Assembly (NCBI GenBank): GCA_964035545.1
Contig: OZ037765.1
Location: 6,768,698-6,832,697 of the forward strand
Length of the DNA: 64,000 bases
Reading direction: 5' to 3'
Source: Bugula neritina
Taxonomy: Eukaryota; Animalia; Bryozoa
The notes below the pieces were generated by a model, which had not been told where the DNA came from, did not search any database, and worked only from the letters and a program-made list of their open reading frames with translations. The translations under genes and the position numbers were made by a program. Position 1 is the stretch's first letter. Each line of letters begins with the position of its first letter. Below are positions 13,701 to 40,700 of this stretch, in pieces.

Positions 13701-15581
13701 TTTAGTAAAAATAAAAAGCTTGCAATAATATTTTTAGTTTACCTATTTTTACTTTTTGGTTTGCTTCACCTTTGAGTTTGAGCTGTTGCCTGTTAGTGTT
13801 ACTGTTAGTGTTACAGTTACTGTTAGTGTTACTCATACTGATACTGACTGATAGTGATACTGACAGTGATACTCATTATTCATACTCATAGTGATACTGA
13901 TACTCATACTGATAGTGATACTCATAGTCATAATTATACTGTTGTTTATGTTTTATAGAGTATTAGAATCACTCTCAAACTGAGACTCAGACTGTAGCTC
14001 ATCTGGTCTAGTTACTGTTAGTAAGTTACACTTAATCTTATTCTTATATTTGTTTACATATTAATATTTAAATTAAATTTAATTAATTAATAGTTGAGAT
14101 AAATTTAGTGTAGTACTTATACTTATAGACTATAGTTATAGTTATACTTATAGTTATACTAATAGTGATAGTAGCAGGAGTACTAATACTAATAGTAATA
14201 GTAAGGCTAATAACTAATAACATTAACTATAAGTAATAACTAAGAGAAATAGTATTACTAAACATAATCATACTGGTATTATTTATTAATAGTAAGAGTG
14301 ATGCTGCCATGCACTCTTAAACTATTGAATTTCTTTTTAACGTTAGTTGCTGTTTTATACTAGAAGTACAAGTTGACTACAAATGTTTTTCAAAAACTTT
14401 AAGTTCATTTAAATAAACAGCAACTGTTTCTTCAACTATGTGTTGCTGCTAATACACATATTTATTCTAGTATTACTTATGGCTTTATTTGTGTTGAACT
14501 ATAATATATGGTCATAAATTTTGCATTTGCATTGGACATAAAATTTGTTTGTAACTGTGGATAATATCATATAATTTATATATTAAATAATAACTAAGAT
14601 TATTTTTTCATCCAGCTATAAATATCTAATATAAAAATCATAATTTTCTGTCCTGCAAACCTATTGTGTGATGAAAATTAGTTGTTGGCCATTTGCTATA
14701 GAAGGATCACTGAACTAATTGAAAAACACTGTCTCGCAATTTTAAAGTGGATTCATATTTGTAGTTTTGTACAAGTTTTACATTTGTTGTGATAGATGTT
14801 TGATGGCCAAAGTCAATTATTTAATTTATATAATGACTATGGATTGCCACAATAACAATAATATATTAAGCACATTTGAAATTTAGCATTGTTTGTAATC
14901 AGAGCACTACTAACTAATATCTCAAGTTTCTTGTACATATTCTTATCTCTAGATATTATTTTAATTTAACTACCATGAAGCAGCCATGAAATGTCAAAAT
15001 TAAAACTCCTGCCACTTCATATTATACAATAAAGGTTGGCACTCTTTTGTTGTTATCAAACACTTATGAAACACTGTTATGAAATGCTTCAAACATTATA
15101 ATAATTATGTTTTGGTCTGCTGTTTTTGGAAATGTTTACTAGCTGGCTGTTATACATTCATTAAGGGGGTGTTTGTCTATAAGTTTTTTTTACAACAAGC
15201 TGTTCCATTTTCAAACCTATCTCTTTATTTATTGAACATAGAAGTAGTTCTGCTAATGTTTAAATTGTTTAGCTCTAAGTTTCATGTTTAGGATATTAAC
15301 ACCTTAGTTTTTAGACTCTGTATGAATGTCCGTCCTATATTATTTATACTTTGTTCTTACATGCAGTAAACTACACCTAGACTAAAATACTCTTAAAATA
15401 GATTAAGCGGGTTATGTGTCTGTGTGTAATGTAAATGGGTAGATGAGATAATTTCTTCAACTGGATATGTAAGTAGGTGCCTCCCGCTGTGTACTATCTC
15501 TGGCTGACTTTCATAGTCTAGTGTGAGTTGAAATCATTTGCTAGTTGCATCTGAGGCATTGAACTGCTTGCTTATATTACA

Positions 15582-22665
<7,084 letters not shown>

Positions 22666-25333
22666 AGGTGGATGCTAATACATGGCTATGTATGTAGGGT
22701 GTTGGGTTAACCACATCTTTTTTAGGCTTGTGTTGTAATATAGGTATTAAAATAGTGTCATATAATACATTGTCAATTTTTTTTTCTTTTCAATCTCTTT
22801 TTTTCCCTCCAGTGTTGTACTTATTATTTCTAGTTGAATTTTACATAGTTTTTTTTTCTATTTTCGCCTATTGGCTGTATTTTTTATCATATTAGCTGTT
22901 TTTGTTAGCGTTTTCAACTTTTTTTACTGTCCTTTAGTCTATTTGTTTCTATGAAAATATTGTGTTTCTAGAAAAAATTTGAATTAAGGTAAGGTGTTTA
23001 ACCTTGTAATCTGAAAAGTGTTATAAATACAGTTTTGGTTTTGCAAGTTTTTATGTTCTGAATGACTCCCTAGTTTTAACAGTGGATTTACAAGGTTTCC
23101 CAGTGTTTAGTCAAATCAACTTTTCAAATTTCTTGTTATACTCAAAATACATCAACAATTATTTGAAAAAGAAAAAAAAACTCTCATAGATTTGGAAAAT
23201 TACGCAACATATATACATCTTAGATGAATAGTGTAATTTAGGCTTTAAAACCTAAAGGTTTCCAAATCACTCAACTCAGTGGAAGATTGAAAAAAACAGC
23301 AATAGAAGTAGGCCTAAATATAAAATTATATTACCAGCCTAACATTATTTTTATCAACCCTGTATGTCTTTTAAAAGTAACTAGAAACTTCACTGCCAGA
23401 TGTTGCTTGTGCTAGTTATGCTAAGTTTCAACAGTACTGCGTATATTGTGTTTTTTTGCTATAAAAATATATTTGGGTAGTCTTTTTATAGTGCTTTGCG
23501 TTACATAAAGATTGCAAGCTGTCGCTTTTGTTATCATCAACTTATTAATTTGTAAACATACTTGCTAATAAAGACTTCCTCTTTTCAGAAATTTATACTT
23601 TAAAAGTCACAGGCAAATGTTCAATTAAATTGCAAAATAATATAATAAAATGCAATACATAATAATTATAAAGCATGGGATATATAATCATTTACTATAA
23701 TGAAACATGGAACAATGAAGGAAACTATATTTCATTTAAGATTAAAGTACAAAATGATTTTAAAAAAGTAACTGGACACCAAACAAAAAATAACCTATAT
23801 GATTCTACAGCTTTACATTAGCAAACACTTATAAATGAACCATCAACCATGCTTTATAAGTTTGAAACATACTTTGCTTGTATAATATAAAAACAATGCA
23901 CTGCAGTTCATTGTGCTGTGTAACGATCAAAGCTGGAAAAATTTTATTACGCAACATACCATTCCCATATATGATACTTACCATGTAGCTAATATGTTTT
24001 GCAAAATACTCAACTAGCAGGTAAAAATAAAATAGAATGCCCATGTTATATATTTTTCAATTCCATTGTAATCCAAATCATTTTGCATATAAATTATATT
24101 GTTAAGGAGTATGCGAAGTAAAGTAATAGTGGGGCTAGATGAAATAAATGACATGAATGTTTATAAATAAAATGCTACATGCCATAAATACACGTGTATG
24201 CAATAGTCGGGTTTTTTAAATTAACCATAAGCAAGCTGCGTTGCTAATATTACCATAAGCTCAAAATGTAATAGGACGATTCAGTTGGGCAACTCCATGA
24301 AGTTCTTTGGGGCAAAATGGGGCAATTGGATAAATAGACTAAGATTCTTAGATGATAAAAGTAGTTTTTACGCCGACGTGAGAATTTGGCAAACTTATTT
24401 TATAAGCAGCTCCGAGTCGGGAGTAAATGGGTGCAGTAATTTGGGTTTAAAAATTTTAAATTGAGGGTCTTACTAAACCCCCAACTCAAAACTTGAGGAC
24501 CCAAACTACTGCGCCCATTCATCCCCAACTTGGAGCTGTTTATAAACCATTCAATTTGATATTGTTGGCATTTTAATCTTGCTCGCATAGGAGTTATTAT
24601 TTGCAATATTTACAAAACGTATTTCAGTAATACCATTAGTATTAATATTATAATTATAGTAATTATCAACCATGCCGATATTATTAATTATTATATGTAT
24701 TTTATTTGGCTACAAAACTTGTCATAGCAATAATTTTTAAGCTAACTAATACTATTAAACTTAAAGTTGCACCAACTTGGAAATGGAATGTTTTTATAAT
24801 CATAATCATAATGATAATCATAAACATCATTAATTAATAATTAACATAAACTTAAAGTGATAAACAATACCAATACTAATAGACTATTCAATAGAGATAT
24901 TATTATTAGTATTACCATTACTATTAGGCATTAGTGCATAGTGACTATAAATAATATTAATAATATGATCATACCCATACCAATGGCAATAGTTATACTT
25001 AAAGTTAAACTTATACTTATAGTTATAGTCGCAACAAACGTAACTAATACTATAAGTATAACATTAACTAATTAGGTGATTGACTGAGAGTGAACATCAC
25101 TGTTTGTTATCCTGATACTGATGGTGGTACAGTGATTTATGATTGTGAATGCGATACTATAGCCTATAATACTCTACCTATTACTGTTAGTAGTATTACA
25201 TATGCACTATGGCTGTAAAACTAACTGTAAGAAACAAAGTGCAACTATCAATATGAAAGCTGGAATTTGGAAAAAATTAGCTTGTGCCTTATATTATTAA
25301 AATGTTTATTTTTTTAACAGTTTGGAAGTAAAG

Positions 25334-31492
<6,159 letters not shown>

Positions 31493-34400
31493 ACCCCTCA
31501 CTGTAATAGTACTACAATAGTTTACTATGTTACTATATATGTAAACTGTTTTGTTTTATTGACTCCTAATTTTTGATATTTGCATTAAATTTTTTAGCAG
31601 CTAGGGTAGAATATATTTTATAGCCAACTTTTCTAAATCACTACAGAATTATCGTAACTAACATGCCTTAAATTTTTTAATGTCTAGTTTTTATATTTCA
31701 TGCTACTTCATTTCGTTAGACTAATATTTCAAAAACTATCTTGACTAATTCTGCAGTTGTAAGTTTTGGTTGTAGTAATGTTTGGTAGTCTTCTTGAGTA
31801 TTTACTTACATATCATAAATGGTTTCAATTTTACATTTTTAATGAATTAATAAATATGGTTTACACCTGAGCTGCATCTTTTATTACATGTATTTTTGCA
31901 GCATCTTGCTAAAATTCTATTAATTTTAGTACAAGCTTTAAATACTCTACACAAAAGTTATATAAGCCTAGTAAGGTATTAATTCAACTATTAGTTGCAT
32001 TGAAATTTGATTTGAAAATAACTAACAGTTTGTAATAGCTGCATTAACAAAAAATAACTGCATGGATAAACTGAATAAGTCTTGTTCATTACAAAATTGA
32101 ACTAATAAAATTCCAACTCATGAGCATCGATAAAGGAGTTGCATTTTCACGATATCAGTTTACAAGCACCTACAGTCACGTGGGTAAGGTACTTGATTTA
32201 GCTTCAGTTTCTAGTATATAAATGCTTTTGTCACTACACAAACGAACTGTGCCAATGTTTTTTGAAACACAGTCTCTACCTTTCACCAGGTGAGTCATTG
32301 GTCGCTAAAACTGAAAATTAGAAAGGATATTATATGCGCAACATAGTCAAACTTATTGACATGTTGCTGTAGGTCCTAGCTTATATCTAAATGCATTATT
32401 TCAAGCAATACACTTATCAGTTGGTTTAAGCTTAGCAGACCTCCACGTGTGTAAGTAATCATATGTGTTTAACGTATTCATAGAATTAGATTGTGATAGT
32501 CATTCAATTTCACTTCGCTCTTCAGTTACACTTAGTCTTACAGTTAGTGTTACACTTACTGAGTTACTGTTAGTGTTACTGTCAGGGTCGGACTAAGATA
32601 TACTCTTAGTGTTACTCTAACTCTTACCGTTACGGTCAGTGTCACTGTGTTTGCCTTACACTGTCACTTTGACTTGCACTTACTATTACTATTAGTATTA
32701 CAGTATTACTATTATTTAAAGTATAACATTAACTATAAATTATGGGTGGTGCCATTATGATTGTCTTTTTCAAGTTTAAGTTCACGTACCACAAGTATTA
32801 CTATTAGTATTAGTATTACACTATTAGTATTACTAATCATATTAATATTTTCTATTGACTATACACGTGCAGTTGATATAACTTACAAGTATTAGTGTAA
32901 CCATGGCACAATCAGTATCGCTATCAGCTATGGCCTATGGCCCTGGCTATCAGACTTACTCTTAGTCTTAGTATAGAAAAGTGTTTATATTCCACAGCAA
33001 CTGTAAGAGCAGTAGCTGAAGCTATTTCAGTTACACTTACTCATTAATAAATATTTGAAAATGAAAATATTGATTGTATGATTAGTATAATACAATATAA
33101 CAGCAAAATTTTCCTGTTAATGTTTATGAATTACACAAATTTTAATATAATTCAGATTCCGTAAAAAGAGAAAGGGAATGCAATGCAATGGAGATATGAC
33201 TATAGCACCAGATAATTAAACTTTGTGACATCCTCTTTCTGCATAATGTGCAGTAATTGTTTACTGGAGTTATATCAAGATGCTCTGTTTAGCTATTGCA
33301 GTAGTTAAATGGATCATGGATCCCAGTGTTAATATAGGTTATTTAAAAGTATCCTACATGGCAATTTAGTTTGATTTCAGTAGGATTTGGCGTTCTGTTG
33401 ATGCCAGTAGCATCTACTCGGCTTCTGTACTTGATAACTAACGTTAGGTTATTCAATCATGTTCTGTTCAATGGCTTGCTGACACATCTAACAGCAACAT
33501 TTCCAAAAAGGTTTAGTAAGTTGGTTCTTTTTTGGCATTTTGATCATTTGGTTAGTGCTTGCTTTTTCATGTACTCTAAATTTCTTTGAAAAGACACTGC
33601 CAGCAGAAAGTTACTACGCAGGTGCTGTATTTGAACCGTCTCTGTGTAAAGGAAGCTTCTTGTTATATAGTTCTGTTTGAACTCCTGGCATGGTGCTAAG
33701 TACTCAATTCTTTTCTTTGTTTTAGTAAATGCTTTGTTGATGTATACAAAAAATATTACTGATCAGTTTATAAAATGAGCTTAAAGTTAAAGCATATTCA
33801 TGATGCTATGCTAAAATTGCTTTTAAAGTGTCTTTCAATGCATGTCAAGAAGCAGGCTATGCTTTAAAAGATATGGACTTTTGTAAAAGAAATTACATGC
33901 TTATCAAAATAGGAAGTAAGTCTGTAGTCATTAGTTAATCTGGACAAAAATACATGGTCTGCATTATTAAGGCCAAGATTTCTAGTTTTGTGCAATTTGG
34001 GACAAGCTCTCAGCTTGTGCCAAACAAGTGCTTGCAAGTTCTCTATCTTCCGTGAACTGACCAAGTTGTAGATAAACAGAGCCCACTTGCCCTCTGAACA
34101 GCTTTTTCATTCCTCACAAAATATGTTACTTATTTTCCAAATTTAGACCCTGTACATATATGTTGAAGTGATTAAAAAAAGTTGTTTTGATAAAACCTAA
34201 TATCAGATTGAGGGTGTCGTGCTATTGGTTTATTTCAGCATTTCTATCTAACATGTCACACTGAGCTGTAATTTCAGTCTAGGATGGCTGTGTTTTGCAT
34301 TGATAGGGTTATATCTGGTTTTACAGCACTCTTTTCAGTGGTTTCCTGTCATAGTGAGTGGTGGTCTACCCTTGAAAGGGAACTAGACATTAGCAATCTA

Positions 34401-34733
34401 TCAACTTTAATATTTTTGTGATTCATACTTGTTTTCATCATATATCATAATGGTGACATGTTTTCATTTTTTTTAACATTCTCAATAATGTAGAAATCGT
34501 CATTGACTCAGATTGCATTATTAATTAGTATTTCAAAATGATTTGTTGTGTTGCTCCTTTCTGTTCTTGTTCCGATTGAGTATGTTTCAGTTACTGTTGC
34601 ATCAAAATGTATATATTTTTCAGCTTGTATGCTGGTATGTTATCTTCTATGGCTGTGTTTATTTTTAGGTTGACTGATCCTAAAATATTGGAGATTAGCT
34701 CAGCATCGCCATCCTGTTACATACCTGGTCAAA

Positions 34734-37700
34734 ATGAATGGAGAAAATCTCAGCCGGAGACAGAAAATATTTTACACAGTTTTGAATATATTAATATGCT
34801 TATCTCATTGTACAAGTAAGTCTCTGCTAACCTACACTATTTGTCATTGTATAGACTAGTAAATTCAGCCATGTTTCTGTAAAACTAATCATAAACACTG
34901 ACACTGAATAGCACAACTACCTGCTAACCTAATTAGCTCAAATTAAAAAGTTAATTAAATGTTCCCTTTTTTTCTTTTGTTCCCATTATTCCCTCTACCT
35001 CATTTTTTAAATTTTTGTAATTGCCTAAAGGAATGAATCATAAAAATAGGAATTCATTTCCATCTCCCCAAAGCCTAGTATAAAAACTAGCACTATGAAG
35101 GCACGAGTTGGCTTATTAAAAGGCAATTGTGCAGTCTATTGTACTGGGACAATTGGTTTTCTTTGATTACTTCACTCTGTAAATAAATATAATAGTTGAC
35201 TGATAATTTTGACTTGCTGCGTGGTTGACAAGTGAGTCACCACTGAAGATTGCATTCACAGTCCAATTATGACTATACGCTACGTTTCCCCAGCTTCCCG
35301 TTATGGGATGGATTTTTCATTCGATGTTGAGAAACAGTTGCATCGAATGAAACCACAACCGAAAAATTATTGGTCCTAGCATCCATTCACACAATGGGAA
35401 GTAATGCTATACCTGCTGTTGATATTGATACATAGGGTGGATATTTTGTCTTGTACAAATCACATCAATAAATTTCTTACCACTTAATATATTATAAGGG
35501 CACTACCACAGCTTTCATGCAAACAAGCATCAAGTGTATCAAAATACCACTTTAAAGAATATTCAGTTCTAATTAACTACTGATTGTAGCATATTAACTT
35601 AATGCTATCAGATTGATATTGTTCAATGAGCTAAATGATAATTATTCAAGTGTGCTGCACTATGCCAGCATTGTGTCGCATGTTATGATAACTATTGTAT
35701 TAATTATTTTATGTCACTTAACTACATTATGTTCCAATCAATGCCTGTCCTGAGATTCTATGCTCTTCCATAATTTGAAGGCAAAAGCTTAACACGTGTC
35801 TAAAGATTGAAAAAGCTTGCTTAGATGGGAAAGTTTATTTATTTTTAGATGCACAATCACCACCAGTAATATCCGAGTTCTCTTTGGGCACCACCAGTGA
35901 ATCTGGAACCACTTTGAATGAAGGTGACCAACTAATTTCAGCACCACAGATAACAGGAGTACCCTTTCCGGAAGTCATTTTCTACAAAGATGGACATGTT
36001 GTCCAGACTGAGGCCGCGTTTGTAAGTGCATGTCACACGAAAAAGGATATTTGTTAAAACTTTCAGTGCATCTTGTGATATTTTTTCCTCTGTCCATATT
36101 TATTTGTTCATTCATTAAATTGTTAGTTCCTTATTGGATTGCTGTTTGTTTTAAATCAAAAGTTATATAAATGTAGTTATGATTATATCAAAACGTTTTT
36201 AATAGTATTGCAGTTTTTAAAATCTTAGGTTTATACAGAAATCTTTACTTTTATATTTTTTAGGCACATGTGCTTGTAATCAACTCCGTGACCCGAGACC
36301 ATGCTGGGCTGTATTGGGTGGTAGCTAACAATTCTCTTGGTGCAGTAATGAGCAGCAAGTACAGGTTATCTCTCTACAGTAAGTAAACCTCTCGCTCTGA
36401 CAATGCACCATCACTTCAACTGTAATTAGCAGTGAATTTCACTAGGATATCTAATTTTCTACAAACAAGATTCGACAGCCTCAAGCTAAGTGTAGATAAA
36501 AGTCATCAATGGCTAGCATTGTGTGTAGTATTTGTGTTGGGTTCTGAGGAGAGTTGTTTTTAGTAGCCTGATAAATAGCTGACTCTGCTGCCATCTTTAA
36601 TAATTAGTTTTCTGCAGGTGGAATCTGCGTCAGCGCTACTTTCTTCTTGTTGTAGCTTCTGACCCCTGGCCTGATTCGAATCAGACTGAAAGAGTTCCTG
36701 TAAATTCCGGGGACGCCCTCACTTTGGCCGTTCCGCCACTGAATGTCAACTCAGTGCTCCCACCTGGTCTTCTGCAGTGGTACTATTCCACATCCGACTT
36801 GACGGAACCGAATGTCCCGGTGTCGGAACAAGAGCGTGTGCAGCTCACCAAATCTTTACAGCTCATCATTCTTGATGTGCCGGCCATTTTCAATGGTAGA
36901 ATATATCAAGTGGTGCATACTAACTTTGCATTGGGCACCATAGTCAAGAGTAAGAAGTTTCAGCTTGTTGTAACAGGTAATATCAATACATTTGCTGCCT
37001 TCATCAAGTTTACATACTTGGATACTAATTTATATATTTGCATTATGTATATCTCTGTTTTTATACTCCACAAGTGGTCAAGTCTATAGGGTTTAGTTTT
37101 ACAAGCTAGTTGGGTTGACTACTGTAGTTCACTTTCAAGTTGACTGAATGTAACAAATGCAAATTTCACAAGTTTTGAATACAGTAGATAGTCCATACTA
37201 TGCAGTTCTCTTGGTAATGGCATTGCCAAGAATTTTTGACTTGCTAAAAACAAAATTAATGAGTTTCACGAATTATATTGAGTATTTTACAATGCATGTC
37301 TGCTGGTTATTCATTAATAAGTTAAATATGTAGTTTACAACACTTCAGAGTGATTAATTTAATTTTATTCTTACTTTATCTAGTTCTTGTTACTCCCTCT
37401 GTGTACTGACTCTTACGGCTAGCACTTGCCATGTAGATTATTTCTTGCTTACTATCCTGTTGATTGTAGACACTGGAAGGTCGACTGTAGCACCAAGCAT
37501 TGCTGTTGCATTACCTGCACAGTCATTTGTAGAACAAGGTCAATCTCTTGAACTGACGTGCATTGTTAATGCCAGGTAAATTCTGCAATAGATCCCCATT
37601 TTGCTCTTCTGCCAACTGCCATAATCAATAACGTACACTGTTATATTTTCATTATGTATATTTTTGCAACCATCCTTTTCTGGCATGATGTCCAGGCAAA

Positions 37701-40700
37701 AACCCATTGTATAGGCTTAAAGGACTTTTTTATTTTAAAAGAAAGTCTGTCTTCAAGTCCAAGTTGGTGCTGTAACAGTTCACACCTTAACTCACTCTAA
37801 TAGACACTTTCTATAGCTGCACTTCAAGCTCTTTTATTCTTATAAAAGCATGTAACTGCACATATACAAGTTACTTACACAATACACTTGCATTTTAGAC
37901 CAACTCGACCATCTATTGAGTGGTACAAGATACCAGCGAGTGGTGGTGCCCGAGTCCCTTTCACTACTGGCCAAGAAACCAAGTTCTCGAGAGTTAATCT
38001 CATAAATAATGTGGTTGATGGAGAGGAATATCAGTGCGAGGGCCAAGTCGGCGGTGAGACAGTTGTGAGCACAACAACTGTTGTTGTAACAAGTATGTAT
38101 TCTCTATAGTTTGAAAGCTACACATCAAGTTTTACACTTAATTGATGACTGTTATGACAAGACATATACTTGATTTAGAATGGTTTGTTTTAGCTGAAGA
38201 AATCTCAATAAGCCTATTCAAGTATTGTTTACGCTAATTGCTATCACAGTGAGCTTTATGAATTGCAGGGCTGGTGTTCCAACAGAGACTTCACAGCGTC
38301 TACAACACAGACATCGGCAGCAAGCAGTACCTGCCCTGCACCGTGAGCAGCAACCCACCTGCTGTCATCACCTGGCGCAAAAATGCTGTCGACATTATTT
38401 CTAATGACAGGTAGTTTTTTCTTCCTGTAGTATTATTTTTTCTCTTCTGCTTTTTATTCTGCATAGCAATTGCTTACTGTTTATTCTGCATAGCAATTGC
38501 TTACATGCAATTCTTTTTAAACTAGAAGATATATGATAAGCTTGTAACACCACGCCCTGTAATAAGTATCAATATTATGCGGGCAACAGCAACTGAATAT
38601 CACGGTGACCAGCATTTATGGTACTTAATTTCTTCTTTGCTTCTTTTTCTGCAATGCTCTAGTTTTGACTAATGATGGCATTACCCTGAGTAAGTCCCAT
38701 GGAATCATCATCAATGACTGGATAATGAGTATGAATCACCTCTAATGAAGAGAAATATAACACTCTGATATGTTTGTGTATTGTTGTGTTGAATGATTGC
38801 TACTTGTGTTGGTGTGTAAAAACTATTAGTTTAGTCATTGAGATCAATTGATTTAAACATCGTAGGCATCCAGGTTATTTTGATAAAATCAATTACTGTT
38901 AATTAAAAGATCATACTTTTTTAGTTGCATTCACAAAATATATACAAAAAATCTCAACTCAATATACCAGAAAAAATGAATTAAAATATATGTGTTAATA
39001 GCACTGAGATTGACGTGACCGTGGCGCATGAAAAATCTGAAAGAAGAGTTGTCTTCTATTTTTCTATATTAATATATAGAGCTTGTCGTGAAAATGAAGA
39101 TTTTTTAAAAAAAATATTGTGATCCTCTGGTAACTTCCTGAATTTAGAAAATTAACTCATATATTTCTTTTCATGTGGACAACAGCTCACTTTTTTTTAA
39201 ATTTATTTTGAAGCTCTTTTCGTAAAAAATAATCAAAAGTAAAAAATCCAAAATTTTTACAAATTGGTTCGGGGCTTGACGTGAAAGGCATTTGGACGAA
39301 GATGTCAAGGTCACCATTAATAAATTTATTTTATCACAATTCACAATACTGCACAGAAAGTTAATGAAGTGGGCTGAAAATTAGGTTGCTAGCATATTCA
39401 TATTGATATGCATTATATTGATTGTTACAGTATTATTTTTTAAATGTGTTTTGTTATCAGTTATGTTTAACTTCTTTATAGAGCTGCTGTTAGACTAAGA
39501 CTAAGAGTAAGACATAATATTAGCAACAATGAATGATTCAATGATAATATTAATAATTAATATCACTTTAATATTAAATTAAAATTATTATTAAATTGAA
39601 ATTCACGGTGACGTATCACTATCACTATGAGTATGAGTATCGTACAAATTAATTATGAGTATGAGTATTACTATGACATTAACTCAATCAGTGATTGACT
39701 ATTAGTATTACTATGAATATGACTGTGCATAACTCAATCACAATGAGAATATCAATATGAATATGGCTTCTAATTCTTGTAACTTTTGACTATCACTATG
39801 ATGATGCTGATAGTGATAATCACTGCCAGCCCAAGTCTCATACTCATAGTGATACTATTACTATTGTCTATTAGTATTAATAACTAGTATTACTATTAGT
39901 ACAACTACTAGTACTGTACTAGTATTACTCATAGTTCTGATAATGATGGAGATAATAGTTTTAAAAGTTCTACTTCTACTTTTATAGTAACTGTGAGCTA
40001 GATTGTATATGTTGAACTCTACTCATTTTTTACTACTAATGCTAATACTAATAGTAATAGTAATACTAATAATAATTATAGTTGTTATAATGATAGTAAT
40101 ACTAATAGTAATAATAACTATTTCAATTTGATAATTTATGTTTTACAACAGCATTATCGCTTATCAATTACATTGGTTCATAATATGATTATTTTAATTT
40201 TGCTTTGTGTGTTTTTTCATGTTGTAAATTTAAGTTCGTATGGTTATTTAATGAACTAGAGAACTAGCCAAATGTTATGTACCGATTGCAATAATTTACT
40301 ATAAACTCAGTGAAATTTAAAACCTAATTGATATTACTATGACATTGATTGTACAGAGGTAGCTAAAATATACATTAAATTACCAATAATTTTAACTCGC
40401 CAATACACTATGAGTAGAACAGTCAAATGCAATGATAGAAAATTAATTAGTCATAGCAGCCCGTTGCTTGAGGAACATTGAGCTACAGGTCTAAAATGAT
40501 TTAGTTTTGTGATCCCTTATATAACAAAATAATTTTTTTTAAACTGGTTTAATACTTTTATTATAAACACGCTTATCAAAGTAACATGTTTTTGATGTAT
40601 ATTCTATTAAAAAAGCAATCACATCAGGTTTTCAATTTGTATGTTGTACAAAGTTTATTATGGTGACAAGTTACTAAATTATATGGTTCAGCTTTGTAAA

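Noticed and set aside
36618-36655. Upstream TTTCTGCAG acceptor for the Ig2 exon
   Set aside because: It adds 38 nt and ends in a TAG stop; the 36656 acceptor gives the open frame.
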